Notes under the pieces: model-generated | Seen by the model: only the letters and a program-made list of their open reading frames with translations | Database searches by the model: none | What the model was told of the DNA's origin: nothing | Shown: positions 1 through 9,814 of the stretch, piece after piece | Numbering within the stretch: the stretch's first letter is position 1 | How the letters are laid out: each line of letters begins with the position of its first letter | Program-made: the position numbers and the translations under genes | Assembly (NCBI GenBank): GCA_034669905.1 | Contig: JAXMOL010000045.1 | Coordinates: forward strand, 2,584 to 66,583 | Source of the DNA: Candidatus Hydrogenedentota bacterium | GTDB taxonomy: Bacteria > Hydrogenedentota > Hydrogenedentia > Hydrogenedentales > JAEUWI01 | DNA: 64,000 bases | Direction of reading: 5' to 3'

Positions 1-411
1 GAGGGGCCTGACCTTGAGCCCCGTCTGGCTTTCCAGTTCGGCGACCGTCTTCTCGTCCAGGGGGCACGCCATGCCGACGGTGAGGTGTTTTCCCATCTTG
101 TCAATGGGGAGAATCTCGTGTTTCAGGGCGAAATCACGTTCGACCAGCTTGATGACCTCTGCCGGAATCATGTAATTCAGCAGATCGATGCTGGCCACGC
201 CGCGCTGGTTGGAAAGGAAGCGCACGAAGGCCTGGCTGTCGAGATGGCCCAAGGCAATCAGATTCTCGACGACCTTGCCGCCATCCTGCCGCTGCTTCTC
301 GAGCGCTTCCTGCAACTGATTGGGGGTGATAAGCTCGGAGCGGACCAGCATTTCTCCGATGCGTGGCGGGGTCTTTTCAGCGGAATTTGTGGTACGTCGT
401 GGACTCTGCAA
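1..411 (-). CDS. MshEN (T2SSE N-terminal, c-di-GMP-binding type) domain protein, 3' end runs off the window
   Basis: Not in the ORF track; translated by hand: ...PRIGEMLVRSELITPNQLQEALEKQRQDGGKVVENLIALGHLD...DFALKHEILPIDKMGKHLTVGMACPLD. This matches the MshEN RxGxxLxxxxLIxxxQLxxALxxQ motif. TTG start at 411 after an AG-rich RBS (start uncertain). Confidence 0.8.
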   Translation of the reverse strand, partial: MQSPRRTTNSAEKTPPRIGEMLVRSELITPNQLQEALEKQRQDGGKVVENLIALGHLDSQAFVRFLSNQRGVASIDLLNYMIPAEVIKLVERDFALKHEILPIDKMGKHLTVGMACPLDEKTVAELESQTGLKVRPL

Positions 412-605
412 TCGTTTTCTCTCTACCCGCCAACATCATCAGTCGGTCGGTTGGTTTGAATGGGGCGGGCGGAGCACTTGGGACAGGGACCCCAACCCGA
501 GGTTGTTCCAGAAGGACATTCTCCAAGCGGGCGCGCACCTTGCAGGGTCACGTACTGGGGGATTGCCCGGTGCCACACGCTGCTGCTCTGTCTTCCGGTG
601 GATTA

Positions 606-634
606 AGTGTATGTACTTTGACAAGGTGTGTCAA
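606..634 (-). promoter_or_regulatory. sigma70-type promoter for the MshEN gene
   Basis: Minus strand TTGACA (634-629), 17-nt spacer, TACACT (611-606). Confidence 0.7.
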
Positions 635-946
635 GCGCTTGCCATACAAGCGCTTGTGTCCACCGCGAACAGGGATGGTTTCCGCGGGAGTGTGCCAAAG
701 GGCCCCGGGCTTGTGTTATAGTGGCGGGGAATACACGCCGAATTTATCGTGTTCCTCTGACAGATTCTACCACGGATCCGTCGTTCACGAATTGGGTACG
801 TAGGAAGGGTATACGGGGCACCACCAGATTGAGCGGTCCACGTCACAATCGTGCCGTGTGTTGTCTTCCGGTACCCGACTGAGATGGAGTGTGGCGCGAC
901 ATTGAATAGCGCGCCCGGAAATCGAATCCTAGAAGGAGAAATCAAG

Positions 947-1561
947 ATGGCTTTCGAGCTACCCGCATTGACCTACGCGAAAGACGCGCTGGAACCCCAC
1001 ATTGATGCCAAGACGATGGAAATCCATCATGACAAACACCATGCCGCCTATGTGGCTGGACTGAATGGTGCCCTGGAAGGCCTTTCCCAGTTCGAAGGGA
1101 AGTCGGTAGAAGCTATTCTCGGCGCCATCAACGAAGTGCCCGAAGCGAAGCGCCAGGCGGTGATTAATCACGGCGGTGGCCATGCCAACCACTCTCTGTT
1201 CTGGAATATCCTGACCCCCGGTGGCGCCACGGCCCCCTCGGGCGAGCTGGCCGCCGCAATTGACGCGGCCTTCGGTAGTCTTGATGCCATGAAAGAAGCC
1301 TTCGAGACGGCTGCCAAGACCCGTTTCGGCAGTGGCTGGGGCTGGCTCGTTGTGGGTGACGGCGGCAAACTGGAAGTGCTGAGCACGGCCAACCAGGACT
1401 CGCCCCTGATGGATGGAAAGACGCCCATCCTCGGGCTTGATGTGTGGGAACACGCCTATTACCTCAACTACCAGAACCGCCGCCCCGACTACGTAGGTGC
1501 TTTCTGGAACGTGGTCAACTGGGACGTTGTCGCGTCCCTCTTCGCCGCCGCGAAGAGCTGA
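947..1561 (+). CDS. sodA: Superoxide dismutase, Mn-type
   Basis: [24 protein letters not shown] and LDVWEHAYY motifs. GGG and Gln signatures indicate the Mn type. AGGAG RBS before ATG 947. Confidence 0.95.
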   Translation: MAFELPALTYAKDALEPHIDAKTMEIHHDKHHAAYVAGLNGALEGLSQFEGKSVEAILGAINEVPEAKRQAVINHGGGHANHSLFWNILTPGGATAPSGELAAAIDAAFGSLDAMKEAFETAAKTRFGSGWGWLVVGDGGKLEVLSTANQDSPLMDGKTPILGLDVWEHAYYLNYQNRRPDYVGAFWNVVNWDVVASLFAAAKS

Positions 1562-1660
1562 CCCGCGGGTTTTACCCGTATCAAAAAAGTGAATCGAAGT
1601 GTGCTGGGGCTGGCAGGGTGTTAATCACTGCCAGCCCCGCCTTTTAACGAGTCGAGACAC

Positions 1661-2056
1661 GTGATGAGCACTGAACGGTCCGCGAAATTCGTAGTGTTGC
1701 TCGTAGATGACGAAGTGCTGGTGAGACAGTTTGGGGCGCAGTTGCTCGCCCGCATGGGCTACCAGGTCTTCACCGTGCCTGACGGACCCAGCGCTGTTGC
1801 GTTTTGTGAAGCATCCGACCCCTTGCCCGATTGCATCCTTATCGATTTCAATCTGCCCGAAATGAACGGCTCCGACACCATGGGCAGAATCCGGGAATCC
1901 GCGCCCGATATGCCCGCTATCCTGTGCTCCGGCTACAGCCCCGAGGCACTGGGCATCGCCGATGAAGATACGACCTGGAACGGGGTTGTAACCAAACCGT
2001 TCCGCCGCGAAGCGCTGGCGATCGCCTTGGAGCGCGTGCAGGGACAGCGCACTTAG
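1661..2056 (+). CDS. Single-domain response regulator (CheY-like receiver)
   Basis: LLVDDE, ILIDFNLPEMNG (phospho-Asp), CSGY, KPF. Confidence 0.9.
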   Translation: MMSTERSAKFVVLLVDDEVLVRQFGAQLLARMGYQVFTVPDGPSAVAFCEASDPLPDCILIDFNLPEMNGSDTMGRIRESAPDMPAILCSGYSPEALGIADEDTTWNGVVTKPFRREALAIALERVQGQRT

Positions 2057-2490
2057 AGGGGGCAGATCATACGGTAGTGGGGCCCAATGCCCGGAATATC
2101 GAATTTCTCCCCATCGATGCTCAGGCCACGCAGCTCGTAAAAGGGGCGGGCCATCACGCGGGCATTGCACCAAAGGGCCGTTCCGCCATGGGCTGCCGCG
2201 TAGGCCATACACGCCTGCAGGAGCTTACTGCCCAGGCCCCGTCCGTGGTGCTCGGGCAAAACAGCCATGCCCCGCACGCGCCAGGCGTTGTCCATTTCGT
2301 ACCCTTCCGGCCCTTCCGGGTAGAGCGATACGATACCGACGAGTGACCCTTCTTCGAAGACGCCAATGTGGTAGGTGCTCTCCAGTTCGTCTCGCGGATA
2401 AACCGCGGATTCAGGCGGTTGATCCGGGCGAAGAACTTGTTGTCGTATGGGGTAGACCTCACTGGCCGACACCCGGCTTATCATCGTCAT
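2053..2490 (-). CDS. GNAT family N-acetyltransferase
   Basis: RVRGMAVLPEHHGRGLGSKLL acetyl-CoA motif A; WCNAR...FYE. ATGA overlap with the upstream hydrolase. Confidence 0.9.
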   Translation of the reverse strand: MTMISRVSASEVYPIRQQVLRPDQPPESAVYPRDELESTYHIGVFEEGSLVGIVSLYPEGPEGYEMDNAWRVRGMAVLPEHHGRGLGSKLLQACMAYAAAHGGTALWCNARVMARPFYELRGLSIDGEKFDIPGIGPHYRMICPL

Positions 2491-3377
2491 AGGCCTTCAA
2501 GCTCCTTCAAAAAAGTTACTATCTCTTTTGCGACCTGCTCTGCCTCGTAGTCCCAGAATATCACATGATCGGACCGTTCCAGCCAAGTTGTTTGAACCGA
2601 GGCGCGGGTCATCTTCTCCAGGGCCGTCGCCGTGGCCTCGGAGGACGTGACGGAATCGTTGCGGGAGTGGATGGCAAAGACGGGACCCGTAACGGCTTCC
2701 AGAACGGCGGCGTCATTTGCCCGCTCTTGCACCTCCAGGGCGGTTAAGGTGCCTGCCGTGGGTATCCAGCCGTAGCAATCGATATGGGCGCGTCCCGACG
2801 GCTTGGCCACGGGGCCATTGCCAGGGCGGCCGGGGAGCCATCGGACAACGAGCGCCAATCGTTTCGCCAGCCAGTCGGTAGGGATACCCAGGAGGTGATC
2901 GTAGGTGAGTCCAAAATAAGGCGCGCACAAGACGAGGCCGTCGACGGGTTCCCGTGCGGCCACCAGGGTAGACAGCGCGCCGCCCATGGAGTGACCGACC
3001 AGCACCACCGTATCGTAGTCGGCCTTCAACGCACGGACGGCGTCGCGCACGCCAGCCTCAAGTTCATCGGCCGTGGTGCGTTCAAAGTCTCGGGGGGAGG
3101 TGCCATGCCCCGGCAGGCGCAGGGTTTCCACATGCCACCCCGATTCCGCAACCGTGTCGGGAAGCTGGGCAAAGTTGCTTTGTGCCCCGATGAACCCATG
3201 AACAAAAAGTACGGCTTTTGTCGCGTCCGCCGGGCCGAGGCTACGGGGGGCCATTCCTTCGAGGTAGGGGGTGCCCGGTTCCCGTGCCGCGTTCGCCTCA
3301 TAGCGGGAAACGAGATGGTCGGTAACAAAGTTAAACAGGACGAGGGACACCACGACGAAAACGATACCGTATGCCAT
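2487..3377 (-). CDS. Alpha/beta hydrolase (carboxylesterase/lipase-like) with N-terminal membrane anchor
   Basis: FVHGF oxyanion motif, GHSMGG nucleophile elbow, NDSV and SDH acid/His residues. Hydrophobic N-terminus from ATG 3377. Confidence 0.88.
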   Translation of the reverse strand: MAYGIVFVVVSLVLFNFVTDHLVSRYEANAAREPGTPYLEGMAPRSLGPADATKAVLFVHGFIGAQSNFAQLPDTVAESGWHVETLRLPGHGTSPRDFERTTADELEAGVRDAVRALKADYDTVVLVGHSMGGALSTLVAAREPVDGLVLCAPYFGLTYDHLLGIPTDWLAKRLALVVRWLPGRPGNGPVAKPSGRAHIDCYGWIPTAGTLTALEVQERANDAAVLEAVTGPVFAIHSRNDSVTSSEATATALEKMTRASVQTTWLERSDHVIFWDYEAEQVAKEIVTFLKELEGL

Positions 3378-3426
3378 AAGGGGACGGATGCGCCGGGGCG
3401 TATAGGGAAATGCTTTCAAAAGAAAT

Positions 3427-6400
3427 CTAGTCTCCGAGATCAAAGGCCAGGGCCATCTGCTTGACGGCCTTAATATCCATCTTACCCGTGCCCAGGACGG
3501 GTATTTCGTCGATACGGTAGAAGGCGTTGGCCTTCGGAATCCATAGGTTCGGCATGTCCGACGTCTTGAGGGCCACGAGCAGGGCTTCCAGTTCTTCATC
3601 GGTCAGGGTATGAAGCACAACCAGTCGTTCCCCCTTCTGGGTATCGGGAACGCCGGCAACGGCCAGCCGCTGTTCCGTAAGTTGCAACAGGGTGTGCAGC
3701 GTTTCTTCGACCCGTGTGTGGGGTACCATTTCGCCGGCGACCTTGCTGAAACGGGCGAGCCGGTCCGTGATGGTGATGAAACCGTCCTCGTCCAATTGCG
3801 CAATGTCACCCGTCTCGTACCAGCCGTCTTTCAGCACGGTCGCGGTCTTTTCCGGCTGGTTCAGGTAGCCCTGCATGATGTTGGGGCCTTTCACCAGTAG
3901 CAAGCCGGTTTCGCCCACCGGAACGGGAGCGCCACTCTGGGTATCTACCACACGGACTTCCACGCCGGGGATGGGGCGGCCGATGCTGCCATGCCGGGTT
4001 CCAGGACTGAAGAAGCCGGGGGAGGCGCAATCGGTAATATTGGCCGACACGACCGGGGCACACTCGGTCGTACCGTAGCCTTCCAAAGGTTCCAGCCCAA
4101 ATTTTTCTTTGAAAGCCAGGCGCACCCGGGGAGCCAGTTTTTCGGCGCCACAAACGATAAAGGCGAGGCTTTCGAGCTGTTCGCGCGTACATTTTCGAAT
4201 GAAGCCCTGCATAAACGTCGAGGTGCCAATCATGATGGTGCCATCGTGGAGGCCGATGAGTTTTCCAATGATTTTGGGTTCCAGCGGGTTGCTGTGATAG
4301 ATGCCGCGAATGCCGTGAATCAAAGGAAGCCACAGGGTTGCCGTGAAACCGAAGGAGTGGAAGAAGGGGAGAAAGCCCACGATACAACTCTGCCGGTCGT
4401 TGGGGAACACCTCCAAGGTGGCGTCGATATTTGTGATGATGTTGCGGTGCGTGAGCATGACCCCCTTGGGTTCACCCTCGCTGCCGCTGGAGAAGACGAT
4501 GGTGGCAAGATCGTCGGAACGGCGCCCACCAGTTCCCCAGAGGCGTTCCAATATCGACACGGGACAGCAAAGTCCCAGAATCATGGCGACCAATCGGTCT
4601 ACGCCGCGGACCCCGTCCCGAATATCTTCCAGCAGAATGGTCTCGCCCGGTATGGTCAACGGGAGTCTTTCCAGTACTTTTTTTGAGGTCAGCACCTGGG
4701 TTACGCCACATTGACGTGCGCACGATGCGATGACTTCACTGCTGGCCGTGTAGTTCAAGTTGATAGGTACGCGCCCCATGAGTTGGAGCGCAATATTGGT
4801 GAGCGTGCCACCCACGGAGGGAGGCAGGATGACGCCTACCATTTTCTGTTGGTCCAAACGCTTGTGCAGTTTGCGTGCGAACACAATGCTGCCGACCAGC
4901 ACCTTGAAATAACTCAGTCTCCCCGAGAGGGCATCGGCCACTGCCATTTTTCGAAGGTTTCGACGGGCCATGCGCACGAAGCCGCGGTGAAGTAGTGTCA
5001 CCCGAAGGGGCCGCTCCGTATGCACTTCCCGTCCGAGTTGCCGAATGGTAGCGTGGAGGGTGGTTACGGGCACGTCGGCCGGGTAGTGCTCACCGAATCG
5101 GAGGTCAATAGGAAACGGGACTTGTTTGGGACGGCGCCAGGCAAGCTTTCCATCGCGATAGATGTAGAGGCTTTCCCAGAGTCGGGTCATGAAAAAGGGG
5201 ATGACCGCGATTTGGAGATTCTGGGTCAGGGGGCTGTAGTCCGAGCTCCATGGAAAAGGGGCCCCATCCGCCGTGCACCGACACTCGTTGTTGATACAGA
5301 CAATTTCTCCGGCCGCCAGGAGATGGCGTATCCGTTGGGTCATTTCCCGTTGCGTCGCCTCACTGCCATCGTCCAGCACAGGAACGGCATGGAGCAACGA
5401 TGCCAATCGTCCTATCAGGGGGCGCTTCATCACAGAGGCACCCATGACGAAATGAATGTCCCGGTCGGTCGCACCGTAGAGGGCAAGACAGTCGATAAAG
5501 GAAATGTGGTTGCCCACGAGGAGGGCCCCGCCTTCCTGGGGGAACTGTGCGCGATTATGCACCCGAATGCGCACGAGGGTATTGGCCAGAACCCAGAGAC
5601 CGGCCCGCAGAAAGAGGTGGGGCAGGCGGAGGGAAATGTAAATACCGATTCCCAGCGACATGAGGGCGGTCAGGAGGAAGACCTGGTAGGTGGAGAGGCC
5701 CAGGAGTCCGAGCGCCATGAAGAGTACCCCGGAGCCCGCCATGCCGACAAAGGTCAACATGTTGGTGGTGGCAATGATACCCCCAACGGTTCCCCGGGGT
5801 GCCCGGTGCTGAATCGAAGCGGCCAGGGGGACATCAAACGCGCCGGCAAAGAAGCCAAGGCCAAAGGTACTGAAAGCGAGGAAGTAGAAGTAGGTGCCCG
5901 GCGACGCGCTGGTGCCTCCGTCCGCTAGGGGAGCGGGTATCACGTAGCCATAGACGTCATGGGGTATGGCCATGAGGGCGCCAAAGAGCGCCATGCCCAA
6001 TGCGCCGATGGGGATGATTCCGGTCTCAATCTTGTTCCGGGAGAGGAAGCCTGCCGCCAATGCGCCGAAGCCTATGCCGAGCACTACGGCACCCAGAAGC
6101 GCGCTCTGATAGGATTCCCCCAGGTTCAGGGTGTCACCGGCAAGCTTTACAATATTCGAGCGCACCAGCGCACCGGCGAACCAGAAGTAGATGTAGCCAA
6201 TGACGACATTGAAGAGCACCCGATCCCGCCAGATGATTCCAAAGTAGCGCCCCATTCCTTTCCAGGGAAGCAGGGGGTTCAGGGGGATGCTGAGGTGGGG
6301 GTTCGCTGCCGGGGGACGGGAAATGCTTAGTGACGAGATGATCCCAACGGCCGAGAAGCCAATAAGGACCAGTGAGGTCAGGTAGAGGCGGTCGGCGAAG

Positions 6401-6978
6401 AGACTGAAAATCTTCCCGGCCATGACGATACCCAGGATGACGGCCGCCAAGGTGGTCATCTGAATGATGCCGTTGGCCCAGGAGAGGCGGTGCTCCGGAA
6501 GGGTCTCCGGCATGATGCCATATTTCACGGGGCCGAAGAGGGCACTTTGGGTGGCCATCAGAAAGAGCATGAGCCAGATGAAGGTGGGCGCCCCAATATA
6601 GAAGGCCACGCCGCCCGCCACCATAATGCCTACCTCCATCACCTTGGTGACAACCGCCAGGGAACCCTTACTATACTTATCGGCCAGGGCGCCAAAAAGG
6701 CTGGGAAAGAGGATGAAGGGGAGGGAGAAGAGAATGGTGGACAGCCCATTGACGTAGTCATAGGGCGTGGCTGTGCCGTTCAGGCCCATCCAGGAAAAGT
6801 GAAGGACACCGCCGTCTACCGTGGATTCCAAGGTGGCGATCAGGCTGTAGATGATCAGCCATTGATAGAGGTTATCGTTGATGGCCCCTTGAAATTGCGT
6901 AACGACGAGTGCCCAGAATCCACGAGGCTGAAATGTGGGTTCCGTTGATGTCTTCCCGCCCGATCCGCGTTGTGTCAT
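3427..6978 (-). CDS. aas: Trifunctional LplT-like MFS / acyltransferase / acyl-ACP synthetase (Aas-type)
   Basis: N-terminal MFS (FQGAINDN, GALADKYSK), PlsC motif NHISFID, adenylation motifs FSSGSEGEPKG, YGTTE and GKMD. Confidence 0.9.
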   Translation of the reverse strand: MTQRGSGGKTSTEPTFQPRGFWALVVTQFQGAINDNLYQWLIIYSLIATLESTVDGGVLHFSWMGLNGTATPYDYVNGLSTILFSLPFILFPSLFGALADKYSKGSLAVVTKVMEVGIMVAGGVAFYIGAPTFIWLMLFLMATQSALFGPVKYGIMPETLPEHRLSWANGIIQMTTLAAVILGIVMAGKIFSLFADRLYLTSLVLIGFSAVGIISSLSISRPPAANPHLSIPLNPLLPWKGMGRYFGIIWRDRVLFNVVIGYIYFWFAGALVRSNIVKLAGDTLNLGESYQSALLGAVVLGIGFGALAAGFLSRNKIETGIIPIGALGMALFGALMAIPHDVYGYVIPAPLADGGTSASPGTYFYFLAFSTFGLGFFAGAFDVPLAASIQHRAPRGTVGGIIATTNMLTFVGMAGSGVLFMALGLLGLSTYQVFLLTALMSLGIGIYISLRLPHLFLRAGLWVLANTLVRIRVHNRAQFPQEGGALLVGNHISFIDCLALYGATDRDIHFVMGASVMKRPLIGRLASLLHAVPVLDDGSEATQREMTQRIRHLLAAGEIVCINNECRCTADGAPFPWSSDYSPLTQNLQIAVIPFFMTRLWESLYIYRDGKLAWRRPKQVPFPIDLRFGEHYPADVPVTTLHATIRQLGREVHTERPLRVTLLHRGFVRMARRNLRKMAVADALSGRLSYFKVLVGSIVFARKLHKRLDQQKMVGVILPPSVGGTLTNIALQLMGRVPINLNYTASSEVIASCARQCGVTQVLTSKKVLERLPLTIPGETILLEDIRDGVRGVDRLVAMILGLCCPVSILERLWGTGGRRSDDLATIVFSSGSEGEPKGVMLTHRNIITNIDATLEVFPNDRQSCIVGFLPFFHSFGFTATLWLPLIHGIRGIYHSNPLEPKIIGKLIGLHDGTIMIGTSTFMQGFIRKCTREQLESLAFIVCGAEKLAPRVRLAFKEKFGLEPLEGYGTTECAPVVSANITDCASPGFFSPGTRHGSIGRPIPGVEVRVVDTQSGAPVPVGETGLLLVKGPNIMQGYLNQPEKTATVLKDGWYETGDIAQLDEDGFITITDRLARFSKVAGEMVPHTRVEETLHTLLQLTEQRLAVAGVPDTQKGERLVVLHTLTDEELEALLVALKTSDMPNLWIPKANAFYRIDEIPVLGTGKMDIKAVKQMALAFDLGD

Positions 6979-7050
6979 TGGACTATCCTCGCGCAGTGCG
7001 CTGGTAATCGATCATGAGTGCTCTTGCGATGTGTGGACTGGCCTGCTACT

Positions 7051-7524
7051 TCAGTCGTCAGGGCGTGTGCATTGTACCCGTATCTTCTCCAGGCTCTCGA
7101 TGAGGGCTTCGCAGGTCGGACGATCCAGGGAGGCCGTGACTTCGTGGATGTTCTCGCGATAGCGGGGCTCCACCTTGTCGATAAGTTCGCGGCCAGCCTG
7201 TGTCAGGTCCACGTGATAGATTCGGCGATTGCCTTCCACGACGCGGCGCTCCACCAGTCCCTTGCTTTCCAACTTGTCAAGGACGGAGGTGACACTGGCC
7301 CGTGTAACGACCAGGCGTTTACCCAGATCCGATTGGGTCCAGACCGTTTCCTTGTATTTCAGGGAAAAAAGGACATTGAATTGGGCCTCGGTCAGGTCGA
7401 ATTGGCGAAAGAGCGTAGAACCCTTCAGCGATAGGAGGCCGGCCGTTCGTACGATGCTTAGAATTGCTTCATGGTGTATATCATCCATGGGCCGCTCAAG
7501 CTTCAATTCCTGTTCCAGAGACAT
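7051..7524 (-). CDS. MarR family transcriptional regulator
   Basis: LTEAQFNVL...QSDLGKRLVVTRASVTSVLDKLESKGLVER...NRR...LTQAG winged-helix pattern. Confidence 0.9.
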   Translation of the reverse strand: MSLEQELKLERPMDDIHHEAILSIVRTAGLLSLKGSTLFRQFDLTEAQFNVLFSLKYKETVWTQSDLGKRLVVTRASVTSVLDKLESKGLVERRVVEGNRRIYHVDLTQAGRELIDKVEPRYRENIHEVTASLDRPTCEALIESLEKIRVQCTRPDD

Positions 7525-7553
7525 GCTAACTCCTTTGCAATGATTTCCATGTG

Positions 7554-7583
7554 ATTGTAAACCAAATTATTGTTAGACGTCAA
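7554..7583 (-). promoter_or_regulatory. sigma70-type promoter for marR-aas
   Basis: TTGACG (7583-7578), 18 nt, TACAAT (7559-7554) on the minus strand. Confidence 0.55.
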
Positions 7584-7771
7584 GCGATAATTCTGGGGAA
7601 TGGTGTATCAGATTGCACCCTGCCGGTGGGATGGGCTATGGTCGAGCGCATGGTTTGACCGGTTCCTTCGGGGCGTGTCCCCATCCGCTGATTCGGGTAG
7701 GGCGCAACGATTGGCGCGTGCCAGGAAGTCGACGGCGCGTCGGGCCCACGTGGAGAAATGGAGGTTTCAAA

Positions 7772-8449
7772 ATGGCGATAGTACATCAGATAGTACTGGC
7801 AACGAGTCTTTTCGTGATGGTCTTGGTGGCTCCTGCGGCGGAGTGGACCCTTAAGACAACCCCGGCGGAACCGATTGCCGGGGTGGCCCCGGCCATTCAA
7901 GCGTCCTTGGGCACAAAGAAGGTGCAACTACTCCGAGATGAGGGGCCCGTCTATGAGTTGGTCCTCTGCAAATCCATTGCGCTGAAAGGGGCCCCCGAGG
8001 AACTGCGGACGGCCATGAAGCAGGTTGCCCAAGGGACCTTGCTTGGGGTGCTGATAGTACACAAGGATGAGCGAGATTATCGGGACGATGAAGTCGCCAC
8101 GGGGGTGTACACCATGCGCTTTGCACTCCAGCCACAGGATGGAGATCACCTGGGCTCGGCGGAGTACCCCTATTTTGCCCTGCTGATTCCCGCTGCGGGG
8201 GATACAGAAGTGGACGGGATTATGGGCTACGATCATGTCACCGAGGCCAGCAAGGCGGATACGGCGACGGAACACCCGGTAGTCATCAGCTTACGTCCGG
8301 GAGACAAGACGGAGGTGACTGCACCGGAAATCCGCGAGCCCCTGGACGAGCATAAGAGTGTGCTCATGACGGTGCCGGCCACGTTGCCCGATGGCAAGAA
8401 AACGACCCTGAGTTTTGAAGTGGTCTACGAGGGGATGGGAGAGCTGTAG
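7772..8449 (+). CDS. Exported hypothetical protein
   Basis: GGAGG RBS, signal-peptide-like N-terminus, globular body (GVYTMRFALQPQDGDHLG). No family recognised with confidence. Confidence 0.75.
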   Translation: MAIVHQIVLATSLFVMVLVAPAAEWTLKTTPAEPIAGVAPAIQASLGTKKVQLLRDEGPVYELVLCKSIALKGAPEELRTAMKQVAQGTLLGVLIVHKDERDYRDDEVATGVYTMRFALQPQDGDHLGSAEYPYFALLIPAAGDTEVDGIMGYDHVTEASKADTATEHPVVISLRPGDKTEVTAPEIREPLDEHKSVLMTVPATLPDGKKTTLSFEVVYEGMGEL

Positions 8450-8519
8450 CCTGCTTGTTGCGGGACGACCGGGTAGGGTGGCGAAATAAGTTGTGAGGCC
8501 GTGTTCAGAGGAGCGGCGT

Positions 8520-9497
8520 CTAGGAGACCCGCACCATTACGAATTCAACGATGCCTTCCATGCTGTCCCGGTAGGTGGAGGGGGGGAGTTGGGCCAGATG
8601 GCGACGGGCTTCGTCGGCGTAGGAACGGGTAAGTGCTTCGGCCATGTCTTTTGCACCGGTTTCTTCGGCCTTGGCAATGATCCACTCGCGATCTTCTTCC
8701 GAGATGTCGGTGCCCCGCATGGCCTCCAGGCGTGCCCCGTCGTCGCTGTTCAGCCCATTCTTCAGGTGCATAATGGGGATGGTTTTCTTGCCTTCAACGA
8801 TATCGCCACAGGCCGGCTTGCCCAATTGTTCCGTGCTTTGTGTGATGTCCAACACATCATCCACCAGCTGAAAGGCAATGCCGAGGGAAATTCCGAACTG
8901 GTAAAGCGCTTTTCGGTGAGTGGCGTCAATGATGTAGGTGGGTGCACTGCATGCTTCTGCAAATAGACTGGCGGTCTTCTGTTCGGCCAGCATGATGCAG
9001 TCTTCGACGACGATGGGGTCGTTTTCTTTTCCGAAGAAGTAGAGTTCCCCTTCGGCCATACACCGTACCGATTTGATTGCATTGGCTACCACGGCGCACA
9101 CATCGTAGGTGGCGAGCATCTCGACGGCCCGCGCAACCAGGTAGTCACCACCCAGGACCGCCGCGTGATTATCCCAGAAGGCATTCAGCGAGGAAGTGCC
9201 CCGGCGGAGTATGGCCCGGTCGATAACGTCATCGTGGGCGAGCGAAGCGATGTGGAGGGCTTCGAAGGAACTGGCGAGGGTTACATACTGCTTGAGATCC
9301 GTGCCGCCAATCGCGCCTGCCGCCAGAAGCGAAAGGGCAGGGCGGAGCAGTTTGCCACCCGGGCGGGGGGCAATGGTACTGTCTACACGAACCAAGGCCA
9401 AGGCGTCAATCCACAGCTGGTGAATCTCATCGCGAACACCATTCAGCTCGGTTTCAACCGGTCGGTACAGATCTGTCAATGCAATTGTCTTACTCAC
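8520..9497 (-). CDS. Long-chain polyprenyl diphosphate synthase (IspB/HepT-like)
   Basis: GGKLLRP, HDDVID...RRG, QKTA, FQLVDDVLD and GKP..GDIVEGK motifs. Confidence 0.92.
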   Translation of the reverse strand: MSKTIALTDLYRPVETELNGVRDEIHQLWIDALALVRVDSTIAPRPGGKLLRPALSLLAAGAIGGTDLKQYVTLASSFEALHIASLAHDDVIDRAILRRGTSSLNAFWDNHAAVLGGDYLVARAVEMLATYDVCAVVANAIKSVRCMAEGELYFFGKENDPIVVEDCIMLAEQKTASLFAEACSAPTYIIDATHRKALYQFGISLGIAFQLVDDVLDITQSTEQLGKPACGDIVEGKKTIPIMHLKNGLNSDDGARLEAMRGTDISEEDREWIIAKAEETGAKDMAEALTRSYADEARRHLAQLPPSTYRDSMEGIVEFVMVRVS

Positions 9498-9814
9498 CGG
9501 CGAAGTATAGCATAGGCATTTTTAGGGGTTCCAGCCAGTACGCGCTGAGAAGGGGTGAGGGCGTTATCTGCTGTTACGAGAGCATGGTGGGGGCCGGGGC
9601 AGGAGGTATGTTTTAGTGAATAGGATGAAAAGTGAGATAATAAGTATAGCAGGGAATTATGTCAACCCGTTGCGTTGGACCGAGTTATGCGCTACAATCC
9701 CCTAAGTAATTGTTTAAATGTGCTGGCGTTTCGTCAGGGTATGCGTGGGTATCGGCGTGCGCGATGCGTCTGTTCGGTGTAAAAGTGTTGAATGTACATG
9801 GAGGTCAATAACGC

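Noticed and set aside
412-600. 6S RNA in the leader of the MshEN gene
   Set aside because: Length is similar, but no long rod with a central bubble or 6S consensus could be built.
618-634. FNR/CRP box (TTGACA-N5-TGTCAA)
   Set aside because: Spacing and sequence differ from TTGAT-N4-ATCAA; one half is explained as the -35 box.
851-946. Upstream extensions in the ORF track (sodA 851, hydrolase 3599, desaturase 13130, Gfo 58033/61601, pal 59014)
   Set aside because: Downstream starts are favoured by RBSs, signal peptides and/or family N-termini; the extensions look non-coding or overlap neighbours.
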